Shown piece by piece: positions 1 through 17,519 of a stretch of DNA of 64,000 nt (positions are counted from its first letter, which is position 1; every line of letters begins with the position of its first letter). A program made the position numbers and the translations under genes. Under the pieces are notes generated by a model. The model was not told the origin of the DNA and ran no database searches. It was given only the letters and a program-made list of their open reading frames with translations. The DNA is from the human T2T-CHM13v2.0 reference genome, Homo sapiens: assembly GCF_009914755.1 (NCBI RefSeq), contig NC_060940.1, one strand, 5' to 3'.

Positions 1-2811
1 GAGCTCCCTGCTCCGGCCCGATCCCCTGTTCCCAGACCAGTGGCCGGCACGGGGCAGCTCCCGAGGGCAGGAGAGTGCCGTGCTTTTCAGTCTGATCTGA
101 GCTGAGAGTGGCGGCCTGAGGCGTCCCCAACACCGGTCCACTGTGGGTGCTCTGGGGCACGCTGCCTCGGGAGAGGTGCCCCCAGCTGCAGCACTTGGGC
201 TCGGGTTGTGTGACCTCAAGGCTCTGGGGAGAGGGCTTCCCTTTGGGGCTCCGCACCTGTCAGCCTGCAGAGCTGAGACTGGCCCCTTTTCCTCTGACAC
301 GTTTCCCCGTGTCTCCTCCCACCCTGCCCTTGGGTGTACCCCTTGGGCTCCTGTGGGAGCTGTGCCCTATGTACCAGCAGGTGACGTACATACCAGGCTG
401 CATCCTAGGTGGGGGCGCCCAGGCAGCAACAGCAGCCTCTGGGGGCACAGGGCCAAGCTCCCCAAACAGTCCCTGCAGAAGCTGGGCCACCCCCGGGGAA
501 GCGTGGGCCAGGCCCTCGGTGGGTGCTGGCAGGGCCAGGGGCCTGTGAGCAGGTCACTCTGCCTTCCCCAGTGTCACAGGGAACCGCCCGGCCTGCCTGG
601 GGTGGCCCAGACCTCTGCAGGGGTTGTCGGGGAGAGGTGGGCCCTGTCCCTCTCAGGCGCTCAGGTCCCTGAAGTCACTCAGCAGGACTCCCTGCCAGTG
701 TGACTCCGTGAATCGGGGCCACCTGCACCTCCCGCCCTGATGTGTGTCGGCTGGATCAGAGGCGCCTCTGGAACTGGGGCACATTAGGGAAGGGATTATT
801 TTTATTATGGATTTGGGGGTGGGGTGGGGCAGCTTAAAGCCCAGGGCACGAGGCCTCCTCCTCAGGGCAGATGGTTGCCCCTCTTGGCATGGTGGGGGCT
901 AGACGTCTCCCTGATCCCAGTGCCCGCCCTGCCCTGCCTGTGCCCCCTGGTGCTGTGACTCCGGATGCACCTTAGTTTCTGGGCTGCTGAGGGCTCTCCC
1001 TGTGGCTGGGGGCACCACTTTGGGCGCCAGAGAGTGGAATGGCTGTTAGGGGAGGGGTGTGTGCCACCCCAGGATGCAGGCAAGGCGGGGGGGACCCCAG
1101 GGCATGTCCCCCACGTTCCCTGGGACAGCAGGTGGCTTGGAGCCAGGGCCAGGCGGGGGAACACCCTGAGGTCCGCAGCTGAGTTGTGAGAGCTGGGGGT
1201 TCTGTGGCCACTCTCAGGACCCCAAGCGGCCTTTGCATCTGCTCATCTGGAAGGACCTAGGAGGTCTCCTAATGGGGTCGCCAAGGCTCCAGGTTCTGGC
1301 TTTTGGTCAATTCACTGGACCCAGTAAGGTCCCTGAGGGTGCCTGAGCTCTGTCCAACACGGCCAGTGCCCCCAGTGAATCAGGACACAGGTTGGAGTGT
1401 GGTGTGGGCCACCAGGACAGGTGAGACGGGCCGTGGGGTCACGTCCTGGAGTGAGCACTGCCCTGTGGTCCGGGCAGGTCCTGCCAGTCCTCAGCATCTC
1501 AGCAGAGAAGTGGCTGTGTGTACCTGCATGGTGGACCCGGCCTGCCTACCTGAGCAGGGTCTGGGTGACCCCCAAGGCCAAGGGCAGGAGGAGGTTGAGG
1601 GAAGTGGGGGCAGGGCCAGGGCAAGCTGAGGGTTTTGGGTCTGCTGCAGGCCCATGTCCCAGGCATGTGATGTGGGTCCCGTCTCTCACCCCACTTCTGT
1701 GGCGTTTCTGGTCGCTGGGGGGGCACCAGTCAGCCTCGGTGTCGTGTGGACCCCCAGAATCAGAAGCAGGTCCTGTGCTGACCTGGGTGGGTGCAGTAAC
1801 CTCTGCTCCCGTGTGAGGGGCTGTGAGGTCCCATCCTCAGTAAGACGGGGGTCTTGAAGACTGACTTCGACCTTCCTACCAAGGCTGCACTCGGAAACCC
1901 CCAAACACATCCGGGCGCTGACGCCTTGAGCTGGAGTCAGCCTCGGGTCTGGAATCTGCCTCCCCCGGCCCTACAGCTGGACCCGGCTTCAGCGATTCTC
2001 ATTGGGAGGAATGGCAGCCAGTCCCCCAACGGAGTGACCACAGCCTCCCGAGGCCAGGGGCTCCTTTCTGAAATTAGGCCACTAATTGGGCCGCTGGCTG
2101 AGAACACGCAGGGCTCTTTCCGCTGCCCTAGAAATAGCTGTCCCTGGCCCGAGGGGCTCTTGACCCACCAGGCGTGGGGCTGTGCCGCTGGGCCTGGCTT
2201 GGGGCAGGAGCATCGAGACCTCCCATTTACAGCCAACCAAGACCGTGGGGGAAGCACAGGAGGCCGGAGGCCCTTCACGCTGACTTTAGGGCTTGGTACC
2301 ACACTGGCATAGGGGGCTCTGATCCCTTCCTAGCGGGAAGCTGCAGCAGGGTCTCCCGGGACTGGCCTCTCGCTGCGGCCTCAACTCCGAATGGGTGGGG
2401 GAGACAGCCCCCGACACCAGTCAACTCTCCGGGGAACAGAGGGATAAAGTGCTGAGCTGGGGACCAAGGACCAGTCCCATCCTCCACCCGCCTGTGCCCT
2501 AGGCTCTGCAGAGGGCTCTGGCTGTCCTAGGGGGACCCTGTGGCCTGCAGGACCCAAGCAGCCCGGGGGTGGTGGGTGAATGTGTGTGGAGGACACGCTG
2601 ACTTCCCTCAGTCCCTGCAAACAAAACTGCAAGCGTGGGGCCTGGGGAAATAACGAAGGCAGCTCCTCACCAAAGAAACTCACTCCGCCTAGTTAACTGG
2701 AGCTCACGGCAACGACTTTTCTGTCATCTGTGAAAGTTTCAAAGTGATTTTCAAAAACAATTGAAGCTCTTAAACCCAAGCACAGAAAACACAACGGAAA
2801 ACTTCAAGGGA

Positions 2812-2975
2812 TGGGGTGGGGGGAGGGGGGAGGGATAGCATTAGGGGATATACCTGATGTTAAAAGACGAGTAAATGGGTGCAGCACACCAACATGGCAC
2901 ATGTATACATATGTAACAAAGCTGCACGTTGTGCACATGTACCCTAAAACTTAAAGTATAATAAAAAAAAAAAAC
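2812..2975 (+). mobile_element. 5'-truncated L1PA (L1PA3/4-like) 3' end with poly(A) tail
   Basis: Typical L1 3'UTR (GGGATAGCATTAGG...GGGTGCAGCACACCAACATGGCACATGTATACATATGTAAC...ACTTAAAGTATAAT-A-tail). Target-site duplication AACTTCAAGGGA at 2800-2811 and 2976-2987. Carries GAG rather than the L1HS-Ta ACA diagnostic. Confidence 0.9.
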
Positions 2976-3767
2976 AACTTCAAGGGAGTCCCGGGTGCGT
3001 GGCTGTCATCCACACCTGACCTCCATTGTGTAGTCAGGGGCCTGCTGGGGGCTTGGCCGTAGCCACGCTCGCGCTGCAGCCTCGGGGTAGCGTGCCTGCC
3101 TTAGCTCGGTTTACTCTGAACAGCTGCAGGTCAGTGCGTGGTTACAGTCGCCGGAGGTTTCCTACTTAAGAGACGCCCGTCTCCTGAAAAGCTAGGTATG
3201 TCTTTGCTAACCAGAAGCATGGCCTGAGGCAGGAGGTCCTGGAAGGACAGAAGCAGGCTGGGCGGTGGATCCCCACAGGCTCGGACGCCCTAGCTCCTGG
3301 CCTGAGGACTGGAGGTCAGTGTGTCACCAGGAGCAATGCCAGCTGGGCTCCCGGGGATGGGGTGCTGCCCCCATTCGGAACTTGAGTGTGTTTAAGGGGA
3401 ACCGACGGGCAAAATAACAGCCTGCTGGGTTCAGAGGCCCCCACTGCCGGCTCCACCAAATTACGCTCTTCCAAGAGTACCAGCTCAGAAGTCGCAGATT
3501 TTCCAAAAGAGAGACACATTTGCTCAGCCGAGGGTGGTGGGAGGCCTTGAGGCGAGACCTTTCCAAGGTCTGTGGGGGAAGGGAAGGGAGAGTGAGTCGC
3601 GCCTTCTGCCCCAGGCCACCCTCCGGTGTGTCGTGGTCCCTGGGGCGGCTTTCCTAGGAGCCCGTGATCCGCAGGGTGGTGGCCAGAGCCGTGCAGCAGC
3701 CTGACAGGGCTTCTGGCTTTGGGAGAGTCCCTGCCCACACAGACGGACACTTGCTTTGGGATGACTA

Positions 3768-3913
3768 GGCTGGGTGCAGTGGCTCACACCTGTCATTCCA
3801 GCACTTTGGGAAGCTGAGGCTAGAGGATCCCTTGAGCCTGGAAGGTGGAGGCTGCAGTGAACTGTGATCATGCCACAGCTCACAACAGGGAGACCTTGTC
3901 TCAAAAAAAAAAA
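3768..3913 (+). mobile_element. Free Alu monomer (FRAM/FAM-like)
   Basis: Single Alu arm with A-tail; GGGATGAC on both flanks (3758 and 3914) as a probable TSD. Confidence 0.8.
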
Positions 3914-4266
3914 GGGATGACAAAGGTCCCGTGATTTTGCCTAAGGACACCTAGAAGTTAAGACGGTGTGTTCTGGCCTCTGGCTGTCCCCACGGCTTCA
4001 TTCAAACATCCCGGGCTGGGTGGCCACCACTGTAAGTGCATCAGGGCCCAAGGACCCGCCTGTACCTCTAACCACAGGACATGCTGTGAATCCAGGTTGG
4101 CCTCTAAGACCCTGGATGGGTCACGCCACAGCCCATCAGGGATCCTGGGACCCCCAGTGCAGGGGGTGGCCCTGCTGCTGCTTCCGGGGCTAGGGAAACC
4201 ACAGAATGTCCAGTCTTCCAAATCTGATTGGCAAATGGGTTTGGCAGAGCCTAGCCAGATGCTAGG

Positions 4267-4734
4267 ATGGCCCGAACTGACCAGAAGCCCCCGTGCAGAG
4301 GTGGCTGCTGGGGACAGCCAGGTCACCCCAACACGGGTGGGGCAGCTGCACACCCCACTTACCACCCCATGGGTCACAGGCCTCGAACGTGCATCCTGCT
4401 ACGTGGAGACCAGACCACAGGTGGCCAAGCTCCGTCTCGGGAAATAAGCCTGGGGCCCTGGGCGGCCGGCACTCACTTCCTGGCTATCTCTACCACCCCA
4501 TGGGGCAGGAAGACACCCGCCTGCATTTCTGAGCTCCCAACCAGCTCAGGAACAGCGCAGCCGCTCGCAAATGCAGTGTGCGAGGTACAGACCGTTCCAG
4601 GGCCTGGCCTGCGCCCACAGGGAACTCCTGCCATGCGGGCCCCTTCTCACAAGGGGACACCGCCCACCCCCAACCCCTGGGGCCCAGAGCAGCCCCAGAA
4701 CAGACACAAGCATCCCAAAAAGGGGGTCACTGGG
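4267..4734 (+). CDS. PRR25: PRR25 (proline-rich protein 25) coding exon 1
   Basis: ATG in strong Kozak context (AGGATGG). MARTDQKPPCRGGCWGQPGH...KKGVTG matches my recollection of human PRR25. GT donor at 4735, phase 0. Confidence 0.8.
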
Positions 4735-4937
4735 GTAGATGCACACATCTGGGGACCCTGTGTGTCATCCCAAGTGGGCCATAGCCCTGGGCATCTGGTC
4801 TTAGGTCCCAGGGCTTTGCCAGCAGAAGCCTCCAGGTGTGCAGGGTCTGTGCTAGAGGCCTCCAACCGGCCACCATGGGCTGTCCACCCGTGTGGCAGCA
4901 CCCGGGTCCCTGCAGCGCCTGAGACTCCTCGCACTCA

Positions 4938-6140
<1,203 letters not shown>

Positions 6141-6199
6141 TACCTTTTCAAAATGTCACCTCTCCCCGCGGTGTGACCCTCGAAAGCTAGACGTGCCCA

Positions 6200-7270
6200 G
6201 GAGGCAGCAGCCCAGGCCCCGCACCTTCCCTCCCGCTCCCTCTGGCCGCCGGGCCTCAGCCAGCGCTGCTCCCTGACCCGCCTGTGCCCTCGCCAGGGCC
6301 CCTCGCCGCCGCCTCCTGCCGCCTCCCGATATGGCCAAACACCCGGGCGCGAGCCCCGCGTGCAGGCGCCGGGCCTGGGCCCCTGTGGCCGTCCCGCCAG
6401 CGGCCGTCTTCTGTCCCTGCATTTAGAGAAGGGGGATGGCAAAGGGACCCGCCAGCGGATCCCTCTTACAGGTGGGGAAACTGAGGTAAGACGGTCAGGG
6501 CTGGCCCCAGGGCGTGGCGGGCCCTCGGGGCAGTCGCCCAGACCACCCGGACGGCCCCGCTCGCAGCCTTCGCCCGCCCCGGCCAACTTTTCAACCGACC
6601 GTCGCGCGCCGTTTACTTCCGCCTTGGGAGATAATTTCCGGGTCCCGGCAGGAAAGGGTCAGCCGCGCACGGTGGCCGCCCGCGTGACGTCAGCGCTCGT
6701 CGCAGCCATCTTGGCTCCTGGCAGCGGCTGCCCAGGCCTCGGTCGTGGGCTGGGCGGCCATGTTGGAGTCGGGCAGGGCTCTCATATCCGGTCACTCTCC
6801 ACTGGCGATGATCGATTGCATTTGACGGACGCGACGCTGGTCGAGAGTCGCTCGCGTTGCTCGACGTTTTCTGCAACTCCAGGACCGTAAAATATCTCGA
6901 AGACGGCGAAAGTCGCAGACCCCTGCAGAATCAGATGATCCAGAAGGATGCCCGCTGTCTTTTTGGTCCATTTCAGTTGTAAACCAAGAAGTAGCCGGGA
7001 CAGGCCTCGGTGGGCTTCGGAGCGTGGCTCGGCAAGGTCGAGGTCGCGCCTGGGGGGACAGGTCGATGCCTTTCTCCAGAGATGGTTTTGAGGCCTCCGT
7101 ATTTAAAGGGGGAAAGCGGGCTGCGGGGTAAGGAAGGCTCCGGTCCTGTTTCTGAGCCCACGGTGGGAAGAGAAAAGGAGGGGCGGGGGGTGGGGGGCTG
7201 GGGTCGCCGATGATGCGTCCGCAAGATGAGGGGAATGGAGAGTGAGATCTGACCTCGCGTCTGTAGTTAC
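6200..7270. promoter_or_regulatory. CpG island with housekeeping-type promoter motifs
   Basis: Very dense CpG. ETS ACTTCCG 6615-6621, CRE TGACGTCA 6685-6692, YY1-like GCAGCCATCTTG 6702-6713 and GCGGCCATGTTG 6754-6765. Confidence 0.8.
6297..6471 (+). CDS. PRR25: PRR25 coding exon 2
   Basis: AG at 6295-6296; GPSPPPPAASRYGQTPGREPRVQAPG...QRIPLT in frame with exon 1; GT at 6472, phase 1. Confidence 0.75.
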
Positions 7271-7474
7271 CTGCCCAACAACACAGGGAGAGGCAGTAAC
7301 TTGACCGGCTCCGTCTTCGGCTTCGTTCTGTCCTTTTGGCAGCCTGAATTGGGGTCCTGAGCTTTTACTTTCACACCGTCCTCCACAGTTTCCTAAATGG
7401 GATCTGGAATGCTTCTTCCCTGGCACGCCTGTGAGATCTGAGGCAGAAGCCAGTGTACAGAAACAGGTGTCGCA

Positions 7475-8330
<856 letters not shown>

Positions 8331-8411
8331 GTCGGACATCTCCCTCCTCGTCCACTAGGACAGTGTCTGATTTGCCCTCTTTCCCTCCCTGCATAAGCTG
8401 ATCCAGAGAAT

Positions 8412-9081
<670 letters not shown>

Positions 9082-9754
9082 GAAGGAAGGGAGGGGAGAG
9101 GGAGGCTGTGGTAGAGGCTGGGGGATTTGAGGAGAGGCTGCAGAGGTTGCTGTGGGTGAGGAACGGGTCCCCTCTGGTTCCCTGAGGAGGGCTGGGAGAT
9201 GCAGTGAGGTCTTTCTGATGCAATTTTCTATAAAAATGCCGCCCAAATCTGGACCCCATGGTACCTGGGCTTTGAGGGTTAGCAGAGCCTTTCATGATGT
9301 CCCAGATGGATCTTGCAGAGACCTCAGTAGAGACGGTGCAGCGGGGAGGGTGTGGGACAGGTCTGGGTGACTTGGGACATGGAGCCAACAGGATAGGGTG
9401 TTCCTGGCGGCTTCTCCCAAACAGGCCACATCAGGATGTCCCAGGGAAGTAGCACAAACCCAAACTCCGTGTGCGCCCTTGGCCCGGAACCTCTGGGTTC
9501 TGGAGCAGGCTCGGATCTATGGAGGGTTTGCCTTTGGAGCTTCCCCGGGACGTCCAGTGGGCTCTGGGCTGCCCCGGGCTGCTCTGCCCAAAAGGAGGCT
9601 CCCACACTGAGCAGCCAGTGGCTAGAGCACTGCCCTGTGGGGAGGCAGACCTGGTTCTCCGGACACTTGATGTGGACGGGGACCGGCTGGCCTCTCCCTC
9701 AGCAGGGAGGAGGTGTGGCATGGAGGGACGGCTGTCCACACGGCTGTGTTTGGC

Positions 9755-9945
9755 TTGGGCTCCTGGCTGGCTCTGCCACTTATTAGGTGGCTGGCATGGG
9801 TGAGTGGCCCAGCCTCTCTGAGGTCTGCTCGTTAGAGGACGGGGAGGACAGTGCTGCCCAGGGCTTTTGGGAGGGTTGACTGCAGCGCTGTGTAAAGTGT
9901 TTGCACAGTGCCCGCCAGGGGTAAGGTGGGCATCATGAAAAATAA
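9755..9945 (+). mobile_element. MIR remnant
   Basis: CTGGCTCTGCCACTTATTAG...CCTCTCTGAG...TGTGTAAAGTGTTTGCACAGTGCC resembles MIR. Confidence 0.6.
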
Positions 9946-9949
9946 TAGA

Positions 9950-10480
9950 GGCTGGGGGCGGTGGCTCACGCCTGTAATCCCAGCACTTTGGGAGGCTGAG
10001 AAGGGAGGATTGCTTGAGCTCAGGAGTTCAAGGCCTGCCTGGGCAACATAGCAAAACACTATCTCTCAAAAAAAAAAAAAAAAAAAATTGGCGTGGTGGC
10101 TCACACCTGTCGTCCGGGCTACTCAGGAGGCTGAGGCAGGAGGATCTCCTGAGCCCAGGAGTTTGAGGCTGCAGTGAGCTGATTCCAGCCTGGGACACAG
10201 AGCGAGGCCTTGTCTCTAAACAAACCAAAAAACATGAATACTGGGGTATGCAAAGCGCTTAGTCATAGGTGAACTTAAATGGAAACTATTAATTGAAATC
10301 AGGGCTTTGGCCAGGCGCTGTGGCTCACACCTGTAATCCCAGCACTCTGGGAGGCTGAGGCGGGTGGATTGCTTGAGTCCAGGAGTTTGAGACCAGCCTA
10401 GGCAACATGACGAAACTCTGTCTCTACCGAAAATACAAAAATTAGCCAGTCTCTTAACCCAGTCTCAAAAAAAAAAAAAA
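9950..10480 (+). mobile_element. AluJ (~9950-10232) and a left-arm Alu fragment (~10308-10480)
   Basis: Alu consensus arms and A-tails. Confidence 0.88.
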
Positions 10481-11308
10481 ATTAAAAAGTTAAAAAAAAA
10501 TTGGAGGTTACGTGGTTCTGGATGGGATTTTTTCTGTTGCCTAGAAATTGTATCTAAGGCTTAAATGTGAAAATAGAAAGTGCAAAGTACTCCCATGACC
10601 GAGGGTGGGACGTAGCCTCAGAATGCTGGGGTCTGATACCTGCCCAGTCCCATGCGAGAGGCTGAGGCTGGCGCTGGCGAGACTCAGTGGCTGGTGGGGG
10701 CTCAAGCTCTGTGGTGAGAATTCTCACCATGGTCTTCAGTTACCCCTAGAGATGCCTGCAATGGTGTGGGCTGAGTCCCACTCCCCAGACGGGGAGGTGG
10801 AGGACCTCAGACAGCCACTGTACCCACAAGAGCAGGACAAGGAGAATGGAGTGAGCTGGCAGGGCTGGGGGTGGGGGCACCCCCGCACCTCAGGAGCAGG
10901 CGGGCAGGCTGCTAGTCTGAGAAGAGGCCACGGTCTTGCTGCTCGCAGGTGTGGGGGGTGAACATCTCAGACTTGAGACGCTCTTGTGAAGACCCAGTTC
11001 AGGGCTGGAGCACGTCGTAAGGTTGGTCAGAGACAATCCTCAAAATCCTCTGCCTGGGACCCCCGACCCCCACTCCACGAGGGCAGGTGCAGGAAAGAAC
11101 AACCAAATATATTCCAGCATCGGAGGACATGCAGGCTGCACACAAGCGGTCAGCCCACAGAGCAGCACGTCGGGGGTTGCAGCCAAGGAATAACGTGAAG
11201 GGGGTCTTGAAAGAGCTGTGTTTACAGTTCCCAAGGAGATAAATGAGGGAAGAACAACAAAGAAGCAAGAACAGGGAAACATGCAAAAAGAACAAGGAGC
11301 CACCTTCA

Positions 11309-11653
<345 letters not shown>

Positions 11654-12099
11654 TCACCGATGAGTTGAATGACAGTTGAGTCCCCGCTCTGGAGTGAAGG
11701 AGTGAGCCCTGACAGAACCAGGGAGGTTACCCCCGACAGGGAGGAACAGTCCCTCACTTGATCAGGTGCGGGCTCCTCAAGGTTGATTTGTTTGCTTTTC
11801 TGTGCGTAAACATTTGGCTTCATAAGACATAGAATAAAACCATGTCATTTCTCATCCTACTAAAAACCAGTCTACCAAAAAATGCCACCATGAACCTTTT
11901 CACACCTGTAACTTTATATACGTGTGTGTGTGTACATATCATATATATCTCATACGGGGCTGAGGGCTCAGGCACTGCCCCTTGGTGCAGCCGTGGGTGG
12001 GGGGCCTCAAGGACTGTGTGGGAGTCCCCGGGGTCTGTGAGGCCCGCAGGAGGCAAGGAGAGGCCGAGACCCCCAGGGAGCGCCCAGGCCTGAACCCCT

Positions 12100-12810
12100 C
12101 CTGCGCCGCTGACCCTGCAGATGCTGCCGTGGGCGGCGACCGCACAGACATCCCCTCTGCTATTGCTGCGGGACCGGCAAGGACGCCGGACCGACACGGC
12201 CTCCCCATCCCTGGGTCCACCCCGACTCCCATGGTGGGGAGCGGCCGGCTTGGAGCCCCTGTGGGACGGAGTGGAGGTGGAGCAAGTGCCCGGAGCTCTC
12301 GGCCATCATGTGCGAATGTTTTGCTCCGTGCTGACGCCTCCCTCGGCACCGTCCTGTCTGTGTTGTGGACTGGGCAGCTCTCACGGGGTTGGGCGCTTCT
12401 GCCCCCGGGGGACGCTGGCCGGCATCTGGAGACGTCTGTGATCTCCGCTGGTGTTGCCGCAGGCATCTGGCTGGTGGAGCCCGGGGAGGCCGCCCAGGAC
12501 CCTGCGACCCGCAGGACCGCCCCGCCGCGGAGGACGGCCAGCCCCGAACCCCCAGCGCCCGGGGCACCCCTGCCTGCCTGCCCTGGGCGGATCCCCGGGG
12601 CCGCGCGGTTCGGGCCGCGCTCCTGCCCGCTGGGGTCTCCCGCCGTCCTCGCCGTCACCACCGGGTGGAGCCACAGGTCCGTGTGATCGTCCCCGTGACC
12701 CCGGGTTCCGGAAGGATCCTCACCCAACGCTGGCCCAGCCCGGCTCCCAGGACCCTTCACAATCCTAAAACCATTCGGGCTTTTGTTTACGTGGGCGGCC
12801 GCTGTGGACA
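12100..12810. promoter_or_regulatory. CpG island overlapping PRR25 exon 3
   Basis: Dense CpG/GC; NotI site at 12795-12802; forkhead-like TGTTTAC at 12784-12790. Confidence 0.7.
12121..12686 (+). CDS. PRR25: PRR25 coding exon 3 (to stop codon)
   Basis: CCCTGCAG acceptor ending at 12120; (D)AAVGGDRTDIPS...WSHRSV*. Exons total 468+175+566=1209 nt, i.e. 402 aa plus stop. AATAAA at 12868-12873 downstream. Confidence 0.8.
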
Positions 12811-13049
12811 TTCACTCTACCAGAAACAGAGCATTTAAAAATGTTCACCTTTTCACGTAAAAATAGCAATAAATCCATTGCACGTGAACATAGCATTTTA
12901 AGGAAAAGCAACTGTTTCCCCATAAAAAAAAAATGTAGTGGGAAGAAAAAGAAGGCGTGACTTTGTGCTGGATTCTCATGTCTGCGTCTGCTTGCAAGCC
13001 GGTGGCCTCCGGAACATTCCGCCCCACACTTTCAGGAGAGTGGGAAGGA

Positions 13050-14737
<1,688 letters not shown>

Positions 14738-15135
14738 GAATCTTAGTACTTTAAACAAATAACAGGTTTTCTTTTGGGCAGCTGTGGGTTTTCTGAAACA
14801 CTGAGGAGACAGAGCCGAGCCCCCATCTGTGCCCTCCCCGCAGGGTCCCGTGGAGGTGACACCCCACACTGGCGTGAACCAGGATCGACGCAGTTTACCG
14901 GAGTCCTCGGCCTTCACCGAGGGGCCTTTCCCCATCCTGGGACAGTTCCCGTCTGGCTGCCTGAGCACCCCTGGGCTGTGAACCCCCCTGGGCTGTGGCC
15001 ATTTCTTGGACTTCCCTTGGTTTTGGTGGTCTGGGCGGTTTTGAGGAGGAAGGTCGGGATTTCCTAGAAGGTCCCTCAACCGGGGCTTACCATACTTTTC
15101 TCGAGGCTAGAAGGGACCTGTCACCTTCCCTGTAG

Positions 15136-15740
<605 letters not shown>

Positions 15741-15889
15741 CGAGGCTCTGCTTTCGTGGGGGGCTCTGGGTCTCTGGTGGCTGGACTCGGCGGAGGGTCC
15801 AGGTGTCCTCTTGGCTTCTCTGCACAGGCCTCAGCCCACATCAGGCACCCCCTGCCCCGCAGCAGAGCTCGCCCCTCCAGGCAGTCTCA

Positions 15890-17120
<1,231 letters not shown>

Positions 17121-17329
17121 ACTGAGACTTTCCCATCTTAACGCCCACTTGCCCCGTCCTTCCGCCCCCACGGTGCCTGGGGGAGCCTTCTCTGTGCAGG
17201 ACACAGGCCAAAGCAGAAGGAGGCAGGAGGAAGGAAAGCAAGGCAGTCCTTGCTGACTGGGCACCCACGAGCCTGCTGTGTCTGAATGCTGGCTCACCTA
17301 GAGTTGGGGGGCTCAGGGACAGGACTAAT

Positions 17330-17515
17330 TCTGGAACCAGACTGCCTGGGTTCACACTCTGGTGGTGTTACCTTCTGCCTACGTGGTTTTAACCTCTCTG
17401 TGCTCTGGTTTCATCAGTTGTGAATTGGGGCTAATGGTTCCTACCTAACAGGTGTGAGGATTAGATAAATGGATACATGGAGAGGGCAAGTGGTCAGTGC
17501 CATGTAAGTGTCAGC
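17330..17515 (+). mobile_element. MIR
   Basis: CAGACTGCCTGGGTTCA...TTAACCTCTCTGTGCTCTGGTTTCATCAGTTGTGAATTGGGG...TGTGAGGATTAGATAA. Confidence 0.75.
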
Positions 17516-17519
17516 CAAA

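Noticed and set aside
1-1700. GNG13 exons
   Set aside because: No G-gamma-13 coding sequence in any frame; the gene is expected just outside the left edge.
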